From a virus, in the IMG/VR virus record IMGVR_UViG_3300022074_000012, positions 30,872 to 94,871 of that record: DNA of 64,000 bases; one strand, written 5' to 3'. The position numbers and the translations under genes were made by a program. The notes under the pieces were generated by a model. That model worked only from the letters and a program-made list of their open reading frames with translations. It made no database searches and was not told where the DNA came from. This document shows, piece after piece, positions 1 through 9,464 of the stretch. Numbering within the stretch: the first letter of the stretch is position 1; each line of letters begins with the position of its first letter.

Positions 1-792
1 GCAGCCAAAAATATTGTTTTATCTTTCTACGTTAGATCAAATAAAACTGGTAATTATGGTCTTTGGATTCAACAAAGTGATAACAGTTTTAAACAAGTAA
101 CTTTGCAATATACAATAAATTCTGCTGATACTTGGGAAAGAAAAACATTTTCGATTGCTGGGGATACTTCTGGAGTTATCAATGATGACAATGGAGATGG
201 TTTTATTATTGCATGGGGTCTTGCTTCTGGTACAGATAAAACAAGTGGTTCATTAAGAAGTAGTTGGACTGCCCAAGCCGCAGCAGATCAATTTGCTGGA
301 CAAGGAGTAAATTTATTAGATTCAACTTCAAACGAGTGGTATTTAACAGGAGTTCAATTAGAAGTTGGTCCTGTAGCGACCCCGTTCGAGCACCGCAGTT
401 TTGGAGATGAACTTGCACGTTGCCAACGCTATTATTATATGCATCATAACACTAGTAAGACTGGTACTGAAGGTAATTACAGAGTGTTATGTCTTGGATT
501 TGCATCTGGCACAACCGAGGTTACTGGTCATATTTTCTTTCCTGTTACAATGAGAGCTAATCCCTCAATAGATGCTAATTCTGGTGTTGTTGGTGGTATT
601 GGATATTGGAGAATAGGAGGTGGTGTTCACGGAGGTGACAAATACATAGATGGTGCTTGGGCTTTAGCTTCACCTACTACTCGGTCAACTCGTATATACG
701 CAACACCTAGAGTCAGTCTCACTAATGGTGCAACTGGATACATAGATGGTAGAAATGATGCCTCATATATGGCATTTTCTGCAGAACTGTAG
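1..792 (+). CDS. Tail fibre/adhesin protein, 5'-truncated by the window edge (carbohydrate-binding-like domain plus FEHRS linker)
   Basis: Frame is open from base 1 (AAKNIVLSFYVRSNKTG...). LTGVQLEVG..TPFEHRSFGDELARCQRYY and the C-terminal FSAEL are shared with 52415-53608. Confidence 0.75.
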   Translation, partial: AAKNIVLSFYVRSNKTGNYGLWIQQSDNSFKQVTLQYTINSADTWERKTFSIAGDTSGVINDDNGDGFIIAWGLASGTDKTSGSLRSSWTAQAAADQFAGQGVNLLDSTSNEWYLTGVQLEVGPVATPFEHRSFGDELARCQRYYYMHHNTSKTGTEGNYRVLCLGFASGTTEVTGHIFFPVTMRANPSIDANSGVVGGIGYWRIGGGVHGGDKYIDGAWALASPTTRSTRIYATPRVSLTNGATGYIDGRNDASYMAFSAEL

Positions 793-799
793 GAGACAC

Positions 800-806
800 A
801 TAAATA
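800..806 (+). promoter_or_regulatory. T4-type late promoter (ATAAATA)
   Basis: ATAAATA lies 16 nt before the ATG at 823. Confidence 0.55.
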
Positions 807-822
807 ATTAAAAATATAAAAA

Positions 823-1842
823 ATGTCGAGAATTAGAGCAAATACAATAACGAACCAGAATGCAAATGGTGCGCCTAATTTTCCTGATGGTTTAACTGTT
901 ACTGGTATAGTTACTGCAACAGTATCAAGTTCCACACTTGGTTCTCTCTCCGTGACTGGTAATGCAACAGTCGGAGGAAATCTTAGTATTGGTGGCACAT
1001 TAACATATGAAGACGTAACAAATGTAGATTCGATTGGTATAATTACAGCAAGAAGCAGTATTAATGTTAATGCTGCTAGTAGTGGTATAGGTGTAACAAT
1101 AAATTCTGGTGGTATTAATGTTGCAGGTATTGTAACTGCAACAAGTTATAGAGGTGATGGTTCACAATTATCAGGAATAAGTGTTGATCCATCAGCAGCT
1201 GCGAGTTCTTCTGGATTTTTAAAAGTTTTAAACGCATCAACTCCACAAATAAGATTAAATAATGATGCAAGTGATGGTGCCACTACAAGAGCATTTTTTG
1301 GGATTGCATCAGGTAGTAATAATTTCGTAAATGGTTCAACAGCAAATGACACAGTTTTAACTGCAAGAGCGGCTGGTGATTTATTAATTGGATGTGGTTC
1401 TACAGTAAGAATGAGAATAAGTGAAAATGGACATGTAACAAAACCAAATACTCCAATGTTTCAGGCTCGTCATTCTACTAATGGTGCTATAACTATTAAC
1501 CAAGGAGTAATTCCTTTTGGTACTGTTATAAACAATGTAGGAAGTCATTATAATAATAGTAACTACCGATTTACTGCACCTGTGGCTGGCATTTATTTAT
1601 TTTATGTTGGTTGGTTTGTAATAAGTCATAGTACTCATAGAGTATCCTTACGAGTTAACGGTGGAGATTTTTCAACCCCATATATTAATGGTTTTAACAC
1701 TGGTCAAATTAGTGGTGTAGTGAATCCAGCGGGTTCTCATTTTTTATCTTTATCAGCAAATGATTATGTAGATTGTTATACAGATGGTGCGTTTACACCC
1801 TACGGAACTCATTTAGGATGGGGTGGTTGTTTATTACATTAA
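823..1842 (+). CDS. Short tail fibre/adhesin with C1q/TNF-like C-terminal domain
   Basis: GTLTYEDVTNVDSIGIITAR fibre module; C-terminal F...FTAPVAGIYLF...LSLSANDYV C1q-like pattern. Confidence 0.7.
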   Translation: MSRIRANTITNQNANGAPNFPDGLTVTGIVTATVSSSTLGSLSVTGNATVGGNLSIGGTLTYEDVTNVDSIGIITARSSINVNAASSGIGVTINSGGINVAGIVTATSYRGDGSQLSGISVDPSAAASSSGFLKVLNASTPQIRLNNDASDGATTRAFFGIASGSNNFVNGSTANDTVLTARAAGDLLIGCGSTVRMRISENGHVTKPNTPMFQARHSTNGAITINQGVIPFGTVINNVGSHYNNSNYRFTAPVAGIYLFYVGWFVISHSTHRVSLRVNGGDFSTPYINGFNTGQISGVVNPAGSHFLSLSANDYVDCYTDGAFTPYGTHLGWGGCLLH

Positions 1843-1931
1843 GATAAAAACTTCCTAAATATAATTACCTACATCAGAACTTGCGTGGTATTTTAGCAAG
1901 GAGATAATAGGGGAAGAGTTTTTACACCAAG

Positions 1932-2084
1932 ATGGACGATATCCAAAAAGAACTTAAAGATGTGCAAAAGAAGATAGATGATATTGAAAAGAAACAAGAA
2001 ATGTTAAAACGGATACAAGAATTAGACCGTTTACGTGAGGAAAAGCAAGCAAAACGACCAACTGGACATTCTTATGAAAAATGA
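1932..2084 (+). CDS. 50-aa coiled-coil hypothetical protein (below the ORF-track cut-off)
   Basis: Read manually: MDDIQKELKDVQKKIDDIEKKQEMLKRIQELDRLREEKQAKRPTGHSYEK*. TAAATA at 1856 upstream. Confidence 0.55.
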   Translation: MDDIQKELKDVQKKIDDIEKKQEMLKRIQELDRLREEKQAKRPTGHSYEK

Positions 2085-2112
2085 TATACTAGATAATAAA
2101 AAGAAATCCACC

Positions 2113-2499
2113 ATGATAAGGCAATTAATTACTGAGTTTCCTTTGACTGATGTTCCTGTAGAAAGATCTGTCACTGAGGAAAAAATTCGCAAGTATACTT
2201 ACTCGAAAGATGAAGTAGATGTGCTAATTGCTGCTGCAGTTAAAGAAGCAGTTGACGAAGCAGTCAAGATTGATGAAGCATCAATGGCAAAGCATAATCG
2301 TGATGCAACTGTCCTAAGTATGATTCTCGGATTCACTACACTCGCATTATTTGTTGACGGTTTGTTAAGAGTGTTGGGTATTATTCCACCATTTATGGAT
2401 TTAGATGTTAATATATTAGAAAGGATTGTTGATCGTGTTGAAGTCGATGTGATTGATAAAATCAAACAAGTTCCTATACAAAAATTATTCCATCGATAA
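2113..2499 (+). CDS. Hypothetical membrane protein
   Basis: ATG at 2113 (MIRQLITEFP) follows TGGACA-N16-TATACT. One hydrophobic stretch (VLSMILGFTTLALFVDGLLRVLGII). Confidence 0.6.
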   Translation: MIRQLITEFPLTDVPVERSVTEEKIRKYTYSKDEVDVLIAAAVKEAVDEAVKIDEASMAKHNRDATVLSMILGFTTLALFVDGLLRVLGIIPPFMDLDVNILERIVDRVEVDVIDKIKQVPIQKLFHR

Positions 2500-2768
2500 T
2501 GAATGACGTTACAGTTTTAATATATTTGGCATGCTTCGTTGCATTATTCGGAGCAACCTTTGCTTTTATGTGGAGAATGATGGGATCTACATTATCAGAA
2601 TTTAATAAGACACCAGTTAATTCTTATGGTGATGCAATGAAGGCATATAAAATTCCAGCACCACACCCAGAAATGGAGGGTATACAGTATGGTGAAGAGT
2701 TATTAGTTTTCAATCCAGAAGAAGAAGATGATGATGACGATGATGGGGATATTGTAGTAAGAGCTTGA
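2499..2768 (+). CDS. DUF2973-like membrane protein
   Basis: N-terminal TM, PHPEM..GEELLVF motif, acidic tail. Confidence 0.55.
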   Translation: MNDVTVLIYLACFVALFGATFAFMWRMMGSTLSEFNKTPVNSYGDAMKAYKIPAPHPEMEGIQYGEELLVFNPEEEDDDDDDGDIVVRA

Positions 2769-2793
2769 CAGAAAAACGATAAAAACTTATAAT
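2765..2793 (+). promoter_or_regulatory. Sigma70-type early promoter
   Basis: TTGACA-N17-TATAAT, perfect consensus. Confidence 0.85.
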
Positions 2794-2817
2794 ACAGAGG
2801 TAAACCGATATAGAGTA

Positions 2818-3027
2818 ATGACACTCACCTCTAAATTTAAAAAAGACATAAGCACTCTCCGTGCAGCAGCAAACAAAGAAATATTCTTGGATGTTAAATA
2901 TCCAAAGTTATTTAAGAAAGTAAAAAGATATTACGAAGGATTACAATATATTGATTTAAAGGGTGAAGACCCTGACGCAGACTATAATGCTGTGATAGAA
3001 TGTATTATAGAGGACTTAAACCAATGA
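2818..3027 (+). CDS. Hypothetical protein
   Basis: 69-aa ORF downstream of a consensus promoter. Confidence 0.6.
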   Translation: MTLTSKFKKDISTLRAAANKEIFLDVKYPKLFKKVKRYYEGLQYIDLKGEDPDADYNAVIECIIEDLNQ

Positions 3028-3251
3028 TTGAAGTACTAGTACAGAATGAACCATACAGGTATGTAAAAATGCCTAATCCACTAGAGAATGGTCAACCAGA
3101 CTATCGTATTCAAAAGTGGAATAATCACAATGGATATAAAGACATGTATCTCTGTGACAACTATATGCAGTTTCAAACTGCTATAGATGACTTTGAGTAT
3201 ACAAAATGGTTAGATCCTGCAGGAGTGCCTTGTTATGTGTGTGATAAATAA
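3024..3251 (+). CDS. Hypothetical protein
   Basis: ATGA overlap with the previous stop; starts MIEVLVQNEPY. Confidence 0.6.
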   Translation: MIEVLVQNEPYRYVKMPNPLENGQPDYRIQKWNNHNGYKDMYLCDNYMQFQTAIDDFEYTKWLDPAGVPCYVCDK

Positions 3252-3271
3252 ATCAGAGTTTATTAATAAAC

Positions 3272-3478
3272 ATGGCATATAAAAGCACAGGAACAGCAGG
3301 TAAGTCTGCAAGTGGAGCATCAATGTCTAAGTATGATGTTGAAGTAGAAGCAAGACTTCAAGCACTTGAAGCAGTTGTACATGATCATAGTGAAGGTACT
3401 TCTGATGCAACACTTGAAGATAAGGTTGCAAAAATTACAAAGTGGTTGGAAGATAACACATCTTACTACGGACATTAA
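3272..3478 (+). CDS. Hypothetical protein
   Basis: 68-aa ORF after ATAAATA; SMSKYDVEVEARL motif. Confidence 0.6.
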   Translation: MAYKSTGTAGKSASGASMSKYDVEVEARLQALEAVVHDHSEGTSDATLEDKVAKITKWLEDNTSYYGH

Positions 3479-3493
3479 TTATAATCTTTTATA

Positions 3494-3844
3494 ATGAGAA
3501 AGTTTGAATTTAGACCTTGGGGTTGGTACATCACTCTTGATGAAGGGATTAACTACAAGGTTAAGAAGATACATTTAAATCCAAACACAAAATTATCACT
3601 TCAATACCATCACCATCGTGATGAACATTGGACAGTGGTGGAAGGTTCTGGTAAAGCGATCGTAAATAAAAACGTTTTTATTATGAATGATGGTGATGAT
3701 ATGTTTATTGCAAAAAAAGCAGTGCATCGAATGGAAGCAAGTCCAGATGGTGTAACTTTTGTAGAAGTGCAGAGAGGGAAGTGTGATGAGGAAGATATTG
3801 TAAGACTACAAGATGATTATGGTAGAGTTGACAAACAAGCTTAA
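3494..3844 (+). CDS. Mannose-6-phosphate isomerase (type II cupin domain)
   Basis: RPWG, LSLQYHHHRDEHW and EVQRG..EEDIVRLQDDYGR motifs of the ManC C-terminal cupin. Confidence 0.85.
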   Translation: MRKFEFRPWGWYITLDEGINYKVKKIHLNPNTKLSLQYHHHRDEHWTVVEGSGKAIVNKNVFIMNDGDDMFIAKKAVHRMEASPDGVTFVEVQRGKCDEEDIVRLQDDYGRVDKQA

Positions 3845-3861
3845 TTTTCTTATACTAAATA
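3828..3861 (+). promoter_or_regulatory. Sigma70 promoter with overlapping TAAATA, driving the glycan island
   Basis: TTGACA(3828)-N17-TATACT(3851), then TAAATA. Confidence 0.7.
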
Positions 3862-3886
3862 TATTGATCGACTATTCCTATAGGAT

Positions 3887-4990
3887 ATGAGAGAGTACAA
3901 AAAAACCGCACTTGTTCTTGGTGCAGGTGGATTTATTGGCAGTCATATGGTAAAGAGACTGCGTAAAGAAGGATATTGGGTAAGAGGTGTAGACCTTAAA
4001 TACCCTGAGTTTTCTAAGACAGAAGCAAACGAATTTGTTTGTATGGATCTTAGAGATGTAGAAGTTGTCCGTAGAGTCATTCGTTTCGGAGGATATACTG
4101 GTAACTTTTATTCACAGATTGTAGATAAGTTCTTAGAACCATTTGATGAGATATATCAGTTTGCTGCTGATATGGGTGGTGCAGGATTTATATTTACAGG
4201 AGAAAATGATGCAGACATCATGCATAACTCTGCTTCAATTAATTTGAATCTGTTAGAAGAACAAAAGAAATGGAATAAAGATAAAAAAACAAATCATACA
4301 AAAATATTCTATAGTAGTTCTGCGTGTATGTACCCAGAACACAACCAACTAGACCCTAACAATCCAGATTGTCGTGAAGAATCCGCTTACCCTGCTAACC
4401 CTGACTCCGAATATGGATGGGAAAAACTCTTCTCGGAAAGATTATATCTCACTTATAATCGTAACTATGATATACCTGTTTGTGTTGCTCGTTACCATAA
4501 TATCTTCGGTCCAGAAGGAACATGGGATGGAGGCAGAGAAAAAGCTCCAGCAGCAATCTGTCGCAAAGTGGCTCAACTCTCGCCGCAAGGTGGAACCATC
4601 GAGGTGTGGGGAGATGGCTTACAAACTCGTTCCTTCCTGTTCATTGATGAATGCATCGAAGCAACTTGGAGACTAATGCAATCAGACTTTATGGGACCTG
4701 TGAATATAGGTTCTGAAGAGATGGTTACTATTAATCAGTTGGTTGAAACAGCAGCAAAAGTTGCAAACAAGAAAGTTGAAAAGCAACACATACTCGATGC
4801 ACCTCTTGGTGTTCGTGGACGTAACTCTAACAATGATCTTGTGAGAGAAAAACTTGGTTGGGATTATTCTCAATCATTAGAAGAAGGAATACGCAAAACA
4901 TATAATTGGATATGTTTGCAATTATATAGCACAACAGAAGAAAATGTGCTACAATCAGAAGAAGAACTTGAATTATTAGCCTCTGGATAA
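3887..4990 (+). CDS. NAD-dependent epimerase, GDP-mannose 3,5-epimerase-like
   Basis: GAGGFIG, AADMGGAGFI, SSSACMYP, YGWEK and GGREKAPAAICRK motifs typical of the GME subfamily. Confidence 0.85.
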   Translation: MREYKKTALVLGAGGFIGSHMVKRLRKEGYWVRGVDLKYPEFSKTEANEFVCMDLRDVEVVRRVIRFGGYTGNFYSQIVDKFLEPFDEIYQFAADMGGAGFIFTGENDADIMHNSASINLNLLEEQKKWNKDKKTNHTKIFYSSSACMYPEHNQLDPNNPDCREESAYPANPDSEYGWEKLFSERLYLTYNRNYDIPVCVARYHNIFGPEGTWDGGREKAPAAICRKVAQLSPQGGTIEVWGDGLQTRSFLFIDECIEATWRLMQSDFMGPVNIGSEEMVTINQLVETAAKVANKKVEKQHILDAPLGVRGRNSNNDLVREKLGWDYSQSLEEGIRKTYNWICLQLYSTTEENVLQSEEELELLASG

Positions 4991-4992
4991 AA

Positions 4993-5766
4993 ATGATACG
5001 AATTGATAGTTATGAAGATCTAACAGAAAAGATTGTTAGATGGTTAAAAGATTACTACTATGAACATAGTATTGATGCATTTGTAATAGGAGTATCAGGT
5101 GGAATTGATTCTGCTGTAGTATCTTCTTTATGTGCAAGAACAGGACTACCCACCTATGTTGTGTGTATGCCTCTTGATTCTAAATTTCAAAACTCAAAAC
5201 TCTCTGATGTTCATTCAAAAACATTAGCAGAAAAGTATGATAATGTTAGAAGAATTGAAATAGAACTTTCGAGTGTATATGAAGGTTTCTTAAAGTCAGT
5301 TGAATGGTGGTCTGAAGCACAGCAATATCATAAAAAAGAATTCACTGCAAGTCCACATGCAAATGCGAATACAAAATCACGTATTCGTATGGTAACACTG
5401 TATCAGATCGCAGGTTCAGTTGGTGGAATTGTAGTTGGTACAGGTAACAAAGTGGAGGATTATGGAGTCGGTTTTTATACTAAGTATGGTGACGGTGGTG
5501 TTGATATCGCCCCTATTGCTGACCTTTATAAATCGGAAGTCTGGGAATTAGGTGAATACCTTGAGGTAGATCAACGTATTGTTGATGCACAACCAACTGA
5601 TGGACTTTGGGACGACTCAAGAACTGATGAAACACAACTTGGTGCATCATATCCAGAGTTAGAAGAAGCAATGGAAACAGGCACAGGACCTGGTGTTGAG
5701 GTTTTAAATAAATTCAATACATTAAACAAACACAAAATGGAGCCAATACCTACATTTAAATTATGA
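4993..5766 (+). CDS. nadE: NH3-dependent NAD+ synthetase
   Basis: GVSGGIDS, NTKSRIRM, GTGNKVE..GFYTKYGDGGVD and PTDGL..TDE.QLG.SY motifs. Confidence 0.9.
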   Translation: MIRIDSYEDLTEKIVRWLKDYYYEHSIDAFVIGVSGGIDSAVVSSLCARTGLPTYVVCMPLDSKFQNSKLSDVHSKTLAEKYDNVRRIEIELSSVYEGFLKSVEWWSEAQQYHKKEFTASPHANANTKSRIRMVTLYQIAGSVGGIVVGTGNKVEDYGVGFYTKYGDGGVDIAPIADLYKSEVWELGEYLEVDQRIVDAQPTDGLWDDSRTDETQLGASYPELEEAMETGTGPGVEVLNKFNTLNKHKMEPIPTFKL

Positions 5767-6881
5767 AAATTGGATTAATTGGAGCAGGTAGATTAGGAAT
5801 CTGCCTTGCTTTGTTGATTGAAAAAGCAGGATATAATGTTCTTGCTTCTGATAATCGGGAAGATTACGTAAGAAATTTACAGAAAGGTATTATTGATACT
5901 GCTGAACCAGAAGTTCAACAGTATCTTTCTAATGCAAATAATATAGAGTTTACTACTGATAATATCAGAGTCATCGCAGAGTGTGATATTATATTTACTC
6001 TTGTTGCAACACCTTCTTTAGAAGATGGTAGTTATGATGTTAGTGCTGTATGGAAAGTTATAGATGATTTTAAAAATGTTCCTATATTATTAGATGAAAA
6101 ATCACTTATAGTTGGTTGCACTACAAATCCTGGTGATTGTAATGATTTTCAAAATGCACTTAAAAATACAGGTATAGATGTATTCTATAACCCAGAGTTT
6201 ATTGCACAAGGATCTATAATAACAGATTTGCAAAATTCTAATATGGTTATAATTGGTGGAAACGGTAATCATAAATCAGAGTTAGAACAGATATATGAAA
6301 AGATACAAATGGGTTTCATTAGTCCATCTGTTTATTTTATGAGCACTAAAGCAGCAGAGATAACAAAAATTGCTGTTAACTGTTATCTTACTACAAAGAT
6401 AAGTTATGCAAATATGCTAGGGCAAGTTCTTACACTATCTGGTATGGAAGATGAGATTGATAATGTATTAAAATCTATTGGTTCAGATAATCGAATAGGT
6501 AAAAAATATTTAAAATATGGTTTTGGGTTTGGTGGTCCTTGTTTTCCAAGAGACAATCGTGCATTCGCATCATATGCAAGTAAGGTCGGTATAGATCATA
6601 ATCTTGGTAGTATAACTGATGCCTTTAATGAAGATCATGCAGTGTTTTTAAAAGAACATTTTCTTTTTAAAAATAAAAAGAAAATACCTTTCTTTTTTAA
6701 TTATCTATCATACAAACCTAATACTGATATTCTTACAGAGAGTCAACAATATCGTCTATGTTTAGATCTTTTAAATGAAGGATATACAGTTTACTGTGCA
6801 GATTCATCAATTCAAAATCAATGTGACTCACGAATTCTTTTTGAAAAACCAGATGAAGAAGTTTTTGAAATTAAATTATGA
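5763..6881 (+). CDS. UDP-glucose/GDP-mannose 6-dehydrogenase family
   Basis: GAGRLG, YNPEF, GFGFGGPCFPRD. Confidence 0.85.
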   Translation: MKIGLIGAGRLGICLALLIEKAGYNVLASDNREDYVRNLQKGIIDTAEPEVQQYLSNANNIEFTTDNIRVIAECDIIFTLVATPSLEDGSYDVSAVWKVIDDFKNVPILLDEKSLIVGCTTNPGDCNDFQNALKNTGIDVFYNPEFIAQGSIITDLQNSNMVIIGGNGNHKSELEQIYEKIQMGFISPSVYFMSTKAAEITKIAVNCYLTTKISYANMLGQVLTLSGMEDEIDNVLKSIGSDNRIGKKYLKYGFGFGGPCFPRDNRAFASYASKVGIDHNLGSITDAFNEDHAVFLKEHFLFKNKKKIPFFFNYLSYKPNTDILTESQQYRLCLDLLNEGYTVYCADSSIQNQCDSRILFEKPDEEVFEIKL

Positions 6882-7717
6882 TTGGATCTAATACTTTAGG
6901 AACTAACGGAAGATTAGGTAATCAAATGTTTCAGTACGCCTCTTTGAGAGGTATTGCCGATAAACATGGTTATGATTTTTGTATACCACCAGAGGATCAT
7001 CCTACCTATGCAGATTATGCTTTATTTTTAGCATTTAAAATGGAGGGTATTAAGACAGGATTAGTTAATGGTGACACAGTATCAGAATCTGGATATGAGT
7101 TTGATGAAAATCTTTTTAATACTTGTCCTGATAATGTAAACATTAATGGATACTATCAGACAGAAAAATATTTTAAACATGCAGAAAAAAATGTAAGAAA
7201 AGATTTTACATTTAAAGATGATATTCTATCAGCATGTAAAGAATATATGGATCAGTATGATGATATATCTTTTTTACATATTCGTAGAGGTGATAATGTA
7301 GGTCGTGAAGATTATTATCCTATGCCAACCCCAGAGTGGATGGGTGATATGGTTGAAAAACATTTTTCAAATAAACCAATATTAATTTGCACCGATGATT
7401 TAGATTGGGTTCAATCACAAGATGCTTTTAAAGATGATAAGTATATAATTTCAGAGACAAGATTATACTACGACACTCCTGTAATGATAGGTGGTGGTTC
7501 ATATGCAAAATCTCTTATACCCTACTATGATTTGTGTATGATGTCATTATGTAATGGTGCAATAATTGCCAACTCATCACTATCATGGTGGGGTGCATGG
7601 TTACAGGCATCACCAGATAAAAAAATTGTGGCTCAAGACCCTTGGTATGGTCCGCAACTTGCATCTAATAATACAAAAGATTTGTATCCCGAATCTTGGA
7701 TTGTGGAGAAGATATGA
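6878..7717 (+). CDS. GT11 alpha-1,2-fucosyltransferase-like
   Basis: GRLGNQMFQYA, HIRRGD, ANSSLSWWGAWL. Confidence 0.85.
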   Translation: MIGSNTLGTNGRLGNQMFQYASLRGIADKHGYDFCIPPEDHPTYADYALFLAFKMEGIKTGLVNGDTVSESGYEFDENLFNTCPDNVNINGYYQTEKYFKHAEKNVRKDFTFKDDILSACKEYMDQYDDISFLHIRRGDNVGREDYYPMPTPEWMGDMVEKHFSNKPILICTDDLDWVQSQDAFKDDKYIISETRLYYDTPVMIGGGSYAKSLIPYYDLCMMSLCNGAIIANSSLSWWGAWLQASPDKKIVAQDPWYGPQLASNNTKDLYPESWIVEKI

Positions 7718-8562
7718 GAGTTACGATATTAGGATCAGGTGGACAAATAGGATCATATCTTACACAATATCTTTCAAATAAAGGGCATATCGTAAGAGAG
7801 TTTGATGTTCTAAATGGTGAACATCAAGACATGACTCACATACCAAACACATATCTTCGTAATGCAATCATGGAAAGTGACTTTGTATTCTTTCTTGCCT
7901 TTGATGTTGGTGGATCTCATTACCTTAAAAAGTATCAACACACTTATAAATTTATTAATAATAATACTCGAATAATGGCAAATGTATTTGGTTACTTAGA
8001 GACTTATAAAGTGCCATTTGTATTCGCATCATCTCAAATGAGCAGTATGAGTTACTCTCCTTATGGGGTCATGAAGAGAGTTGGAGAACTATATACTAAG
8101 TCTTTGGATGGATCTATAGTAAAGTTTTGGAATGTCTTTGGAATTGAAAAGGACATGGAAAAGGCACATGTTATTACTGATTTTATTATAAAAGGATTTG
8201 AAACTGGTGTGATTAATATGATGACAGACGGAACAGAAGAAAGGGAGTTCTTATATGCTGAAGATTGTTGCGAAGCTTTGGAAACAATTATGGGTTGTTA
8301 CGATCAATTCACTTGTGATGACGAGCTTCATATCACTACTGGTATCTCTACAAGCATTTTGGAGATTGCACAAATTATACAAGTATTATTCAGAAATATC
8401 GGCAAGGAAGTCGAGGTTATTCCAGCATCGTCGAAAGATGAAGTACAAAAAGATGCTCGTAATATATCAGACCCATACATTGAAAGATGGTGGCAACCAA
8501 AAACTGACGTTGTAGATGGAATAAGTAACGTATTTAATGAAATCAAATTGAATTATTTGTAA
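7714..8562 (+). CDS. Extended-SDR NAD(P)-dependent nucleotide-sugar epimerase/reductase (WcaG-like)
   Basis: GSGGQIG, LAFDVGG, YGVMK, REFLYAED; ATGA overlap with the upstream gene. Confidence 0.75.
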   Translation: MRVTILGSGGQIGSYLTQYLSNKGHIVREFDVLNGEHQDMTHIPNTYLRNAIMESDFVFFLAFDVGGSHYLKKYQHTYKFINNNTRIMANVFGYLETYKVPFVFASSQMSSMSYSPYGVMKRVGELYTKSLDGSIVKFWNVFGIEKDMEKAHVITDFIIKGFETGVINMMTDGTEEREFLYAEDCCEALETIMGCYDQFTCDDELHITTGISTSILEIAQIIQVLFRNIGKEVEVIPASSKDEVQKDARNISDPYIERWWQPKTDVVDGISNVFNEIKLNYL

Positions 8563-9464
8563 TGACTGTTTCTTTTAATGGATTAGGTAATGAGGGTAGA
8601 CTTGGAAACCAAATGTTCCAGTATGCTTTTATTCGTGGTATGTCTAAAAAACATGGATATGATTTTATGATTCCACATCAGAGTGCCGATAGATTTGATA
8701 ACTATGGTTTGTTTGAATGTTTTGAATTAGAAGGATGTAAATATACAGGTGAGGGTATTTTCAAAACATTAGAATGTAGAGATACTGCATTCAATCAAAA
8801 ATTTTTAGATGAGTGCACTAATAATACAAATTACTCTGGTGTATTTCAAACAGAAAAATATTTTACAAATGCAACAGAAGAATTAAGAAAAGATTATACT
8901 TTTCATAAAGATATTTTAAATCCTTGTCAAGAATTTATTGATTCAATTGGTGGTACTGATAAATGTATTTTTCTACATCTTCGTAGAGGTAATCCAAATG
9001 TAATAGGAAAGAGAGGGGAGAAATGGTCATATCAACTATTACAGGATTACCATCCATTATGTAAGAAAGAATATTATCTCAAAGCACTAGAAGAGTTTCC
9101 AGAAGATAAAAATGTTATAGTTTTATCTGATTTATTAGATTGGTGTAAAAAACAAGATTGGTTGCAAGATGATAGATTTTATATGTCAGATGCATCATAT
9201 GAGGTATTTGATGATGGTGCAAGTGTTCCTTATATTGATCTATGCTTGATGTCTTTGTGTAGTGGTGGTATAATAGCAAATAGTTCAATGAGCTGGTGGG
9301 GTGCTTGGTTGCAAAATGATCGAGGCAAAGTCGTTGCTCCTTATCCTTGGTATGGTGCAAAGGCATATAACTATGGTAATGCAGAACTTTGTGACGCAGA
9401 CATTATTCCAGAAAGATGGACTAAAATTTACAACGACCCAACACCGATTGATATTGTAGAATGA
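8562..9464 (+). CDS. GT11 fucosyltransferase-like
   Basis: GRLGNQMFQYA, HLRRG, ANSSMSWWGAWL. Confidence 0.85.
   Translation: MTVSFNGLGNEGRLGNQMFQYAFIRGMSKKHGYDFMIPHQSADRFDNYGLFECFELEGCKYTGEGIFKTLECRDTAFNQKFLDECTNNTNYSGVFQTEKYFTNATEELRKDYTFHKDILNPCQEFIDSIGGTDKCIFLHLRRGNPNVIGKRGEKWSYQLLQDYHPLCKKEYYLKALEEFPEDKNVIVLSDLLDWCKKQDWLQDDRFYMSDASYEVFDDGASVPYIDLCLMSLCSGGIIANSSMSWWGAWLQNDRGKVVAPYPWYGAKAYNYGNAELCDADIIPERWTKIYNDPTPIDIVE

Noticed and set aside
2035-2112. GTG-start extension of the 2113 ORF; similar upstream extensions at 3000, 7696, 19240, 22496 and 58963
   Set aside because: They overlap upstream genes or promoters. Downstream ATGs give coupled or SD-supported starts.
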